NCBI GenBank assembly: GCA_964581805.1
Contig: CAZOPO010000002.1
Span: 1-40,007, forward strand
Reading direction: 5' to 3'
Source of the DNA: an uncultured Candidatus Saccharibacteria bacterium
GTDB taxonomy: Bacteria > Patescibacteriota > Minisyncoccia > Minisyncoccales > Minisyncoccaceae
DNA: 40,007 nucleotides
How positions within the stretch are numbered: the first letter of the stretch is position 1; the number at the start of each line of letters is the position of its first letter. The translations under genes and the position numbers were made by a program. Below the pieces are notes generated by a model that was not told the origin of the DNA, did no database searches, and saw only the letters and a program-made list of their open reading frames with translations. This document shows, piece by piece, positions 17,030 through 26,569 of the stretch.

Positions 17030-17740
17030 ATGAATATACACGTAGCCCTAATTGGGGAGCCATTTTTTAGTTTTTTAGGAATAGATTTTACCAATACCTT
17101 TATATTGGCTATATTGTGTGCCCTAATTTTTCTAGGAGCTTTTCTTTTAGGATTTAGAAAAAAAGAAATTGTTCCAGGAAAAACACAGAATTTTTTTGAA
17201 TTTATTCTAGAATCATTATTAGGATTATTCGGAAGCATGGGAGGAGATTCTAAAAAAACGGAAGAAATTTTTCCTTTGGCTGCGACATTATTTATCTTTA
17301 TATTATTGAATAATCTATTAGAAATACTCCCAGGAATGGGAATTTTTCCTTTTTTAAGGTCTCCTAGTTCAGATATTCATTTTACATTAGCATTAGCAGT
17401 TTTCTCAATGTTGTTTATTCATTTTACAGCGATTAAGAAATTAGGAGGAATAGAATATTTGAAAAAATATATAAAGCTTGAGAATCCGATGATGTTTTTT
17501 GTAGGATTTTTAGAAGCGATTGGAGAGATTACAAAAACGATGTCTTTAGGTATAAGGTTGTTTGGTAATCTTTTTGCAGGAGAGATTTTATTAACAATTG
17601 TAACCTTTATGATTCCTTTCATTGTTCCTTTGCCTTTCTTAGGTTTAGAGATTTTTGTAGGATTTATTCAGGCATTAGTTTTTTCATCATTAATTACCGT
17701 TTTTTATGTCTTCACCACAACCGCAGAAGAGCACGAATAG
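17030..17740 (+). CDS. atpB: F0F1 ATP synthase subunit a
   Basis: Polytopic membrane protein with the conserved LGIRLFGNLFAGE motif. Confidence 0.9.
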   Translation: MNIHVALIGEPFFSFLGIDFTNTFILAILCALIFLGAFLLGFRKKEIVPGKTQNFFEFILESLLGLFGSMGGDSKKTEEIFPLAATLFIFILLNNLLEILPGMGIFPFLRSPSSDIHFTLALAVFSMLFIHFTAIKKLGGIEYLKKYIKLENPMMFFVGFLEAIGEITKTMSLGIRLFGNLFAGEILLTIVTFMIPFIVPLPFLGLEIFVGFIQALVFSSLITVFYVFTTTAEEHE

Positions 17741-17741
17741 T

Positions 17742-17951
17742 ATGTTGTATGTTTTAGGGATGGGAAGTGGATTAGGATTTTTCTTAGTCATTCCTTTAAT
17801 AGTTTTTACATTTTTAGGAGTTTGGGCTGATGAGAAATTAAATACATTTCCCTTAATGATAATATTAGCAGTTTTAATAGGAATGATTGTAACGGGTTTC
17901 AATCTTTATAAAGTAATAATTCCTTTTTTGGAAAAAAGGTCGAAAAAATAA
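17742..17951 (+). CDS. AtpZ/AtpR-like small membrane protein (ATP synthase accessory)
   Basis: Two TM helices, with LGMGSGLGFFLVIPLIVFTFLGVWADEKL resembling the AtpZ/AtpI-type motif (G..G.wlD). ATG at 17742, 1 nt after the atpB TAG. The track start at 17706 lies inside atpB. Confidence 0.5.
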   Translation: MLYVLGMGSGLGFFLVIPLIVFTFLGVWADEKLNTFPLMIILAVLIGMIVTGFNLYKVIIPFLEKRSKK

Positions 17952-17967
17952 TAAATAAATTAATTAA

Positions 17968-18198
<231 letters not shown>

Positions 18199-18208
18199 AT
18201 TTTAAATA

Positions 18209-18697
18209 ATGAATAGCGTAGAAATAGATTGGAAAATATTAGTAGGACAATTCGTTAATTTTACGATCCTATTTTTCGTTCTTAAAGCTTTAGTCTATAA
18301 GCCATTTTTAAACTTGCTTAAAAAGAGAAGAGAAAAAATAGAAGATGGAGTTAATAAATCTTTAGAAGCAGAAGAAAAACTTGTTAAATTAGGAGAATTA
18401 AAAAGTGATTTAGAGAGAAAAAATGCCGAAGAAAGAGAAAAGATCCTATTAAAAACACAAGAAGAAGCAAAAAAGAGATTAGAAGATTCTATTCTAAAAG
18501 CAGAAGAAGAAAGACAAGGCATTTTAGCTAAAGCTAAAAAAGAAGCAGAAGACTTAATTGAAAAAGAAAAAGATTTGACAAAGAAAAAAACAATTGAGAA
18601 TGCTTTTTCTTTAGCAGAGAACCTTTTGAAAGAGAACATTGACGATAAAAAAGGTAAAGAAATTGCAGATAATTTTTTAAGTAAACTTAAAGCATGA
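18209..18697 (+). CDS. atpF: F0F1 ATP synthase subunit b
   Basis: N-terminal TM helix plus a long charged coiled coil, at the expected operon position. Confidence 0.85.
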   Translation: MNSVEIDWKILVGQFVNFTILFFVLKALVYKPFLNLLKKRREKIEDGVNKSLEAEEKLVKLGELKSDLERKNAEEREKILLKTQEEAKKRLEDSILKAEEERQGILAKAKKEAEDLIEKEKDLTKKKTIENAFSLAENLLKENIDDKKGKEIADNFLSKLKA

Positions 18698-19080
18698 AGA
18701 TAGAAAAAGAAATATCATTTTGGGCTCGCGCCTTATATATTTCTCTAGAAAAAAATCCTAATAATTTTGAGGAAATTTTTGTTAATCTTAAGAATGCTTT
18801 AGGTAAGAAAAAAGTCTATCTACCTTCTATTTTGAAAAAACTAGAAAGAATATATAAGAAAGAAAAGACAGCTAAATTATTCTTATCTCATAATTTTCAA
18901 GATAAAGAATTAATAAAAGCAAAAATTAAAGAAGAAATAAAAGGAATAGGTGAAATCGAAGATGTCGTTGATGAAACTCTTTTAGGAGGTTTTCGCTTAA
19001 GAACGAAAGATCTTTTGGTTAAAGCTTCTTTAAAAGATGTTTTAATCAAACTAAAAAACAAAATATATGGATATAATTGA
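18694..19080 (+). CDS. atpH: F0F1 ATP synthase subunit delta (short, 128 aa)
   Basis: Operon position and a C-terminal LLGGFRLRTKDLLVKASLKDVL motif typical of delta/OSCP. Confidence 0.7.
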   Translation: MKIEKEISFWARALYISLEKNPNNFEEIFVNLKNALGKKKVYLPSILKKLERIYKKEKTAKLFLSHNFQDKELIKAKIKEEIKGIGEIEDVVDETLLGGFRLRTKDLLVKASLKDVLIKLKNKIYGYN

Positions 19081-20569
19081 AAAATTTAAAAAACAACTGG
19101 AAGGAGTTGAAATTTCTCCAGAAACTGAAGAAGTGGGAGAAGTTGTTGAGATTAAAGATGGCGTTGCTAAAATATCAGGACTTAAAGGAGTAGAAAGTTT
19201 TGAAATGATTGAATTTGACGGAACAGGAGTTCAAGGATTAGTTCTTAACTTAGAAGAATTCGAAGTTGGAGCAATTGTTTTAGGCAACGAAGAAAAAATA
19301 AAAGAAGGAACTACAGTTAAAAGAACAAAAAAGGTATTCTCCGTGCCGGTGGGAGAGGGTCTTTTGGGACGTGTAGTTGATCCTTTAGGAAGACCTTTAG
19401 ATGGAAAAGGGGAGATTGAAGCTAAAGATTTCTTACCTCTTGAAAGAAAAGGTCCTTCGGTTATCGAAAGACAACCGGTGACAAAGCCTTTGCACACAGG
19501 AATTAAAATGATAGATTCTTTAATTCCAATTGGAAGAGGTCAAAGAGAATTAATCATTGGAGATAGAGGTTTAGGAAAAACAGCTATCGCTATTGATGCA
19601 ATTATTAATCAAAAAGAAGAAAAGAATAGACCATATTGCATCTATGTTGCTTGTGGTCAAAAGAAAAGTAAAGTAAAAAGATTAATTGCTACTTTAGAAA
19701 AAGAAGGAGCAATGGAATATTCTACAGTTGTTTGTGCTTTTCCTGACGATCCAGCAGGTTTTATCTATCTAGCTCCTTTTGCTGGGGCAACTATTGGAGA
19801 ATACTTTAGAGATAACAAAAAAGATGCTTTAGTAGTTTATGATGACTTAACTAGACAAGCTTGGGCCTGGAGAGAAATTTCTTTGATTTTAAGACGTCCA
19901 CCAGGAAGAGAAGCTTACCCAGGAGATGTTTTTTATCTTCATTCTAGATTGTTAGAAAGAGCAGCCATGCTTTCTGATGAAATGGGAGGAGGTTCATTAA
20001 CAGCTTTACCTATTATTGAAACTCAAGCAGGAGATATCTCAGGATATATTCCTACCAACGTTATTTCTATTACTGATGGACAAATCTTTTTAGATGCAAC
20101 TTTATTTAAGAAAGAACAAAAGCCAGCTATTAACGTTGGAACATCAGTATCTAGAGTGGGATCTTCTGCTCAATTAAAAGCAACTAAAAAAGTTGCGGGA
20201 AGATTGAAGTTAGATTTAGCACAATTCCAAGAACTAGAAAGATTCTCAGAATTTACTGAAGAGCTTGATCCTCAAACTAAAAAGACAATTGAAAAAGGAA
20301 AGAGAATGAGGCTTCTTTTAAGACAAGCTGATTTAACTCCTATGCCAATTGAAAAAGAAGTTGTCGTTATTTTCACCGGAGTAAATAGCGATATTGAAGA
20401 AGTGGCAATAGACAAAATTAAAGATTTTGAATCAGATGTTTTAAAATCAGTTGAATTAGAAAAGCCAGAGATTTTTAAAGAAATAAAAGAGACAGGAGAA
20501 TTATCTGATAAAAATAAAGATGTTCTTTTAGAAATAATTAAAAACGTCAAAGCAAGTTATGGAGCTTAA
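19067..20569 (+). CDS. atpA: F0F1 ATP synthase subunit alpha
   Basis: GDRGLGKTAIA P-loop and conserved alpha-subunit blocks. Confidence 0.95.
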   Translation: MDIIEKFKKQLEGVEISPETEEVGEVVEIKDGVAKISGLKGVESFEMIEFDGTGVQGLVLNLEEFEVGAIVLGNEEKIKEGTTVKRTKKVFSVPVGEGLLGRVVDPLGRPLDGKGEIEAKDFLPLERKGPSVIERQPVTKPLHTGIKMIDSLIPIGRGQRELIIGDRGLGKTAIAIDAIINQKEEKNRPYCIYVACGQKKSKVKRLIATLEKEGAMEYSTVVCAFPDDPAGFIYLAPFAGATIGEYFRDNKKDALVVYDDLTRQAWAWREISLILRRPPGREAYPGDVFYLHSRLLERAAMLSDEMGGGSLTALPIIETQAGDISGYIPTNVISITDGQIFLDATLFKKEQKPAINVGTSVSRVGSSAQLKATKKVAGRLKLDLAQFQELERFSEFTEELDPQTKKTIEKGKRMRLLLRQADLTPMPIEKEVVVIFTGVNSDIEEVAIDKIKDFESDVLKSVELEKPEIFKEIKETGELSDKNKDVLLEIIKNVKASYGA

Positions 20570-21437
20570 AGAAGTAAAAGCAAAAATCAGTTCGGTAAAA
20601 AATATATCTGAGCTAACTGGAGCAATGGAGACTTTTTCGGCTCTTAAAATGAAAAAAACTCAGAAGAGATTTTTAGAATCAAAATCTTTTGCTGAAGAAA
20701 TGACAGTCATGCTTAGAAATATGAAAAAGGCCCTTAAAGAAGGAAAGTCAGTCTTTTTAGAAAAGAGGCCAGTTAAGAATATTTTAGTTTGTGTTGTTGC
20801 TTCAGACAGAGGATTTTGCGGACCATTTAATGCGAACATCTTAAAGCTTGCTGATAAAGAAATTATCAAATTAAGAGAAGAAGGGGAAATAGAGATTCTT
20901 CCTATTGGTAAAAAGGCTGTAAAACATTATTCTAAAAGAGAAAAGATAAGATATAGTTTTTCAGGGGTTGGAGATTATTGGGAGTTTAAACAAACTAAAG
21001 AAATATCAGATTTTTTAGTTAGTTCTTTTCTTTCTAATAAATATCAAAAGATTTATATGTTTTACACTCAATTTCAATCTTCTTTTGTTCAGAAAGCAAC
21101 GATGGTGCAATTATTTCCTTCCACTTCAGAATCAATTGAGAATTTTACAAAGAAAGAAGAGTTAAAAGAAGGGGTAAACAAAAATTATTTATTAGAGCCT
21201 TCTCCAAAAATAATTCTAGACGAGATTATCCCTATATTTGTGCAATACTTAATTTATCAATTTATTCTTTCTGCTAATACTTCTGAGCATTCAGCTAGAA
21301 TGATGGCGATGAGAAATGCTTCTGATAATGCCAAGGGATTATTAGAAGATTTAAGATTGGTTTATAATAAAGCAAGACAAGAGAAAATTACTTCTGAGGT
21401 TTGTGAGATTTCATCAACCAAAGAAGCAATGGAATAA
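20559..21437 (+). CDS. atpG: F0F1 ATP synthase subunit gamma
   Basis: Operon position and the C-terminal NKARQEKITSEVCEI motif (gamma signature ..R.a.IT.El.Ei). Confidence 0.88.
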   Translation: MELKEVKAKISSVKNISELTGAMETFSALKMKKTQKRFLESKSFAEEMTVMLRNMKKALKEGKSVFLEKRPVKNILVCVVASDRGFCGPFNANILKLADKEIIKLREEGEIEILPIGKKAVKHYSKREKIRYSFSGVGDYWEFKQTKEISDFLVSSFLSNKYQKIYMFYTQFQSSFVQKATMVQLFPSTSESIENFTKKEELKEGVNKNYLLEPSPKIILDEIIPIFVQYLIYQFILSANTSEHSARMMAMRNASDNAKGLLEDLRLVYNKARQEKITSEVCEISSTKEAME

Positions 21438-22807
<1,370 letters not shown>

Positions 22808-22808
<1 letters not shown>

Positions 22809-23062
22809 TGAAAGTAAAAATTTTAACACCGGAAAAAGTAATATTTGAAGGGGAAGCAGAGGAAATTAATATCCCAACTACATCGGGACATATTTCTGTT
22901 TTAAACAGTCATACACCTTTAGTCTCCGTTATTTCTCCTGGCGAGATAGTATTAAAAACAAAAGAAGGTAAAAGAATTTTTACTAATCAAAATGGAGTTG
23001 TTCAGACGATAAACAGTCAAACAAGTCTTCTTCTTACAGTTTGCAAAGAAAAGAGCCTCTAG
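22808..23062 (+). CDS. atpC: F0F1 ATP synthase subunit epsilon, beta-sandwich domain only (84 aa)
   Basis: Operon position and an N-terminal epsilon pattern (KILTPEKVIFEGEAEEINIPTTSGHISVL). No C-terminal helical hairpin is present. Confidence 0.75.
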
Positions 23063-23072
23063 CTCTTTTTTT
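23049..23072 (+). terminator. Intrinsic terminator of the atp operon
   Basis: AAAAGAGC-CTCTA-GCTCTTTT followed by a T-run; it contains the atpC stop codon. Near-identical to the hairpin at 4257..4284. Confidence 0.7.
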
Positions 23073-23074
23073 GT

Positions 23075-23103
23075 TTGACATTTCTTCTTTTATTTAAGAT
23101 AAT
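23075..23103 (+). promoter_or_regulatory. Family-associated promoter (copy 2)
   Basis: TTGACA (23075-23080), a 17 nt spacer, GATAAT (23098-23103). The about 30-nt block is nearly identical to 39021..39049. Confidence 0.6.
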
Positions 23104-23110
23104 ACAATTA

Positions 23111-23161
23111 ATGAAAACAGAAACAAAAAATCTTCTCTCTCTCTCTCTCTCTAATATAATA
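23111..23161 (+). promoter_or_regulatory. Candidate leaderless leader mini-ORF (MKTETKNLLSLSLSLI*) containing the (CT)9 tract
   Basis: ATG lies 7 nt after the -10 box. The ORF runs through the dinucleotide repeat and stops at TAA 23159-23161. Confidence 0.25.
23135..23152. repeat. (CT)9 dinucleotide microsatellite
   Basis: Eighteen nt of perfect CT repeat, the only such tract noticed in the window, upstream of family member 2. Confidence 0.95.
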
Positions 23162-23188
23162 TCTTTAGAAGATTTTAGTTTGAAAAAT

Positions 23189-23211
23189 AAGGAAGCTTTG
23201 GCTTCTTTTTT
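23189..23211 (+). terminator. Terminator/attenuator-like hairpin between the copy-2 promoter and the copy-2 ATG
   Basis: AAGGAAGC-TTTG-GCTTCTTT followed by TTT, located 29 nt upstream of ATG 23240. Confidence 0.5.
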
Positions 23212-23239
23212 GTTGTAATAAAATAATAAGTAAAAATAT

Positions 23240-24064
23240 ATGAATAAAAAAAGATTCTACATTATCTCAAGCACTTTGCTTCTAATCGGACTCTTTGCCG
23301 GAGTAGTTCAATACGTTGGCACGTTCGACGCCCTTTACGCTGCTGCTGTTAATCCAGGACACTCATGGAGTCAAATGGAATGTACAGATACTTTTTGTAT
23401 AGACACAAATAATAAGAGAATAGGGATAGGAACAATTTTACCATTAGAGGCTTTAGAAATTAATGGAAATATTAAACTAGGAGGAGAAAATCCTACTTAT
23501 ACAATTTCTAATATTAAAGATCCAACTAATGCTTCTGATCTTGCTACTAAAAACTATATTGATCGTGAAATTGCAAAAGTAGGAGCAATGGTTTCGGGCA
23601 CTTTACCTTTAATAAATAGTGCGCATACTCAGAAAGATTGTGTTGATGCAGGAGGAGTTCCCGTCGATGGATCAACACAATTAAAACAATGTAAATTCGC
23701 TGCTTCAGCTTGTCCAACAGGATGGACAGCAAATGAAAATTGGACAACTACAGTGAGTAGTTTGGTTTATATTCAATCTCAATGTATTAGTTACGATGGT
23801 GATGATAATTGTATCGCATACGGCCCAATGGACCGTTATACTTGTTCAACTCCTGAACATTCTTTTAGTAATAAAGCTGCTGAATGGGCAAGATCCGATG
23901 GAGACATTACTCTTGTTTCGCCTTGTTATGCTTTTACCCATGGTAAATGTTATGATTCAGAAATTGGTTATGTTGGAACATTTGGTTTTATTCCTTCCGA
24001 ACCGAAATATTGTTCAAGGTCTGCTACTGGCTATGCAAAAATAGTGGAGATTGGTTGTTATTAA
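23240..24064 (+). CDS. Secreted or membrane-anchored Cys-rich protein, family member 2 (12 Cys) with tail-fibre-like motifs
   Basis: N-terminal hydrophobic helix ..LYA, then NPGHSWSQMEC. Also RIGIGTILPLEALEINGNIKL and DLATKNYIDREI. Core DCVDAGG...QCKF...CPTGW. C-terminus IVEIGCY*. Confidence 0.8.
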   Translation: MNKKRFYIISSTLLLIGLFAGVVQYVGTFDALYAAAVNPGHSWSQMECTDTFCIDTNNKRIGIGTILPLEALEINGNIKLGGENPTYTISNIKDPTNASDLATKNYIDREIAKVGAMVSGTLPLINSAHTQKDCVDAGGVPVDGSTQLKQCKFAASACPTGWTANENWTTTVSSLVYIQSQCISYDGDDNCIAYGPMDRYTCSTPEHSFSNKAAEWARSDGDITLVSPCYAFTHGKCYDSEIGYVGTFGFIPSEPKYCSRSATGYAKIVEIGCY

Positions 24065-24067
24065 AAT

Positions 24068-24096
24068 TAGACAATTTAGAATTTTTCTAGTAAAAT
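24068..24096 (+). promoter_or_regulatory. Candidate promoter of the NIF3-like gene (leaderless arrangement)
   Basis: TAGACA (24068-24073), a 17 nt spacer, TAAAAT (24091-24096), then 6 nt to ATG 24103. Confidence 0.45.
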
Positions 24097-24102
24097 ACTT
24101 TT

Positions 24103-25041
24103 ATGAAAACAAAAGAGATTTTTGATTTAGCAATAAAGATGGGAATAGGTGTTGATTTTAGAGGTGAATTAGGCGTTGCTAAGTTTTTAGATAGGAAAAA
24201 AAAGAAATATGATTCTTTGAAGAATAAAGAAGATTTTGATGAAGAAGCTCTAGTTAATCCTTATCTAGACTCAAGAATACATAATATATCGGAAGATAAA
24301 GAAATTAAAAAAGTATTAGCAGGAATAGATATTGATACAGCTGAATTATTATTAGCAAAATCTTTAGGTGATATTGATTTAGCAATAGCTCATCATCCTG
24401 TAGGAAGAGGACTTTCTAGTTTAGATGATGTAATGAGCTTACAAGCTGATGTCTATAATTATTATGGTGTACCAATTAATATTGCCGAAGGACTTAATCA
24501 TCCTAGAATTGCTGAAGTTTCAAGAGGAGTTACAGCCTCTAATTTTCAGAAGCCTGTTGATGCAGCAAGATTATTAGGAGTTAATTATATTAATCTTCAT
24601 ACTCCTATAGATAATTTAGTGGCCAGGTTTTTAAAGGATTTAGTTGAATCAAAAAATCCAGAAACAGTTGAAGAATTAGTCTCTCTTTTAAAGGAGGTTC
24701 CTGAATACAAAGAAGCAATTAAAATTGGGTCTGGTCCAAGAGCAATTACTGGAAAGATGGATAATAGATGTGGTAAAATTGCTATTACAGAAATTACTGG
24801 TGGAACAGAAGGTTCTCCTAAATTATATGAAAAAATGGCTCAAGCAGGAATTGGAACAGTTGTTTCTATGCATGCCTCTGAAGAACATAAAAAAAGAGCC
24901 GAAGAAGCTAATATCAATGTTGTTATTGCTGGACATATTTCTTCAGATTCTTTAGGAATGAACTTATTTTTAGATGAATTAGAAAAGAAAGGAATAGAAA
25001 TTGTTCCTTTTAGTGGACTAATTAGAATTAAAAGGTTTTAA
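24103..25041 (+). CDS. NIF3-family (YbgI-like) metal-binding protein, tentative
   Basis: DLAIAHHP motif, a late GHISSD motif, and a length compatible with NIF3. This is a recollection-level match only. Confidence 0.45.
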   Translation: MKTKEIFDLAIKMGIGVDFRGELGVAKFLDRKKKKYDSLKNKEDFDEEALVNPYLDSRIHNISEDKEIKKVLAGIDIDTAELLLAKSLGDIDLAIAHHPVGRGLSSLDDVMSLQADVYNYYGVPINIAEGLNHPRIAEVSRGVTASNFQKPVDAARLLGVNYINLHTPIDNLVARFLKDLVESKNPETVEELVSLLKEVPEYKEAIKIGSGPRAITGKMDNRCGKIAITEITGGTEGSPKLYEKMAQAGIGTVVSMHASEEHKKRAEEANINVVIAGHISSDSLGMNLFLDELEKKGIEIVPFSGLIRIKRF

Positions 25042-26569
25042 ACATATAGGTTCCCTTGAGTCTATATCCTAACTTCTTTCTATAATAATCTCTTACTCCT
25101 ACTCCAGAAATAATGGAAATATTTTTTGCTTTGAATTCTTTTAAAGAAATTCTTTCTGCTTCTTTTACCATTAATATTCCTAATCCTTTATGTTGAGTAG
25201 ATTTTCCATTTTTTGAGATAGGTGTCGCTTGACCATAAACATGAACTTCTCTTATTAGTGCTGTATTGTTATTTTCAGGAATTCTTAATCTTAGAAGAGA
25301 ATAAAGGTTTTTTCTTTTTTTGTCTTCAAAACTTAAGAATATTTCTTTTCCTTCGTTAGCAAAATAGTCTTTTCGGTAAAGATAAACTTTTTCTTTTGAG
25401 TCTATATTTTTAATTTCTCTACATCTAATACACTTGCAAGACCAATTTTCTTTTTTAATTGAAGCATCAATTAATTGTCTTAAATTAGAAACTTTAGCTC
25501 CTCCTTCAATAATTAAAGGAGAGGGAATATCTCTAATAATTCTTTCAATTCTTACATATTCAGGAATAATCTTTTTAATTTCTTTTATGGTTTTAATGAG
25601 AACTTCTTTAGTATAAGTCTTATATTCTTTTTTTAAATATATTTTATATAAAGGAGCTTCTTTTACTAAAGCACAAGGATATATTTTAATATAATCTGGT
25701 TTAAAGTTTTGGTTATTGAAAAGTTCTTTAAACATTTCAATATCTCTTTGCGGATTAGACTTTGGCAAATTAAGCATTAACTGATAGGCAATTTTAAATC
25801 CAGAGTTTCTTAAAAGTTTAGTTGCTTTAATAGTTTCTTCTATTTTGTGTCCTCTTTTATTAAATTCAAGAACATCATTATATATTGATTGGACTCCTAA
25901 TTCTATTTTTGTTGCTCCTAGTCTTCTCATTTCTTCTATTTCTTTGGGATTAATGAAATCAGGTCTTGTTTCGAAAGATATTCCTATAATTCGGTGTTTT
26001 GATTTTTCATTTCTTTTTTGTGCTTCTTTTAAAGTTTTATCTTCTTTTTGGTTACAAGATTCAAAACATTTTTTGATAAACCATTCTTTGTAATCTGAAT
26101 CATAAAAAGACCAAGTTCCTCCAATTAAACGAAGTTCAACTTTATCAGTGGGATGCCCTCCTTCTTCTAAAGATTCTAATCTTTTTTGCATTTGAAGATA
26201 GGGATCATAATTTAAGGCTTTAGCTCTTTCAACAGCTGGTTCTCCAGATAAGTAACTTTTAGGAATATTAATTTCTTTAGGGCAATAAATACATTTACCT
26301 GGGCAGTCATAAGGTTTAGTTAAGACAGAGACATTAACAACGCCAGAAAGAGATCTTACGGGTCTAGTCCTTAGTAATTTTTCTAAATTATCATCTTCTT
26401 TTATCCTTTTTTTATTAACTAAATCATGATAAGCTTTTAGAAGAACGATGTTGCTTGGGCATTCAATTTTTTCACTTTTAGCGAATTTTCTTTTAACAAA
26501 AGAAAGCTCTCTAGAGGTTTTAGCCTTAGTTTCTGAAAGTTCTTTAATTATTGATTCAATTGAATTCAT
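25028..26569 (-). CDS. elp3: Elp3-family radical SAM/GNAT tRNA uridine(34) carboxymethyl-modification enzyme
   Basis: Radical SAM cluster motif CPGKCIYCP, and a C-terminal GNAT motif STQHKGLGILMVKEAERI. The 513-aa two-domain architecture is typical of archaeal and bacterial Elp3. Confidence 0.85.
   Translation of the reverse strand: MNSIESIIKELSETKAKTSRELSFVKRKFAKSEKIECPSNIVLLKAYHDLVNKKRIKEDDNLEKLLRTRPVRSLSGVVNVSVLTKPYDCPGKCIYCPKEINIPKSYLSGEPAVERAKALNYDPYLQMQKRLESLEEGGHPTDKVELRLIGGTWSFYDSDYKEWFIKKCFESCNQKEDKTLKEAQKRNEKSKHRIIGISFETRPDFINPKEIEEMRRLGATKIELGVQSIYNDVLEFNKRGHKIEETIKATKLLRNSGFKIAYQLMLNLPKSNPQRDIEMFKELFNNQNFKPDYIKIYPCALVKEAPLYKIYLKKEYKTYTKEVLIKTIKEIKKIIPEYVRIERIIRDIPSPLIIEGGAKVSNLRQLIDASIKKENWSCKCIRCREIKNIDSKEKVYLYRKDYFANEGKEIFLSFEDKKRKNLYSLLRLRIPENNNTALIREVHVYGQATPISKNGKSTQHKGLGILMVKEAERISLKEFKAKNISIISGVGVRDYYRKKLGYRLKGTYMFKTF

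Noticed and set aside
23135-23152. (CT)9 tract as part of a CRISPR array or other larger repeat array.
   Set aside because: It is a single short dinucleotide microsatellite with no spacer-repeat periodicity. No CRISPR-like repeats were seen anywhere in the window.
23240-24064. Idea that the variable family is a diversity-generating retroelement (DGR) target.
   Set aside because: No reverse transcriptase ORF and no template repeat (a near-identical ~100-bp copy of any C-terminal segment) is present in the window. The paralog interiors differ wholesale rather than at adenine-templated positions. A DGR elsewhere in the genome cannot be excluded.
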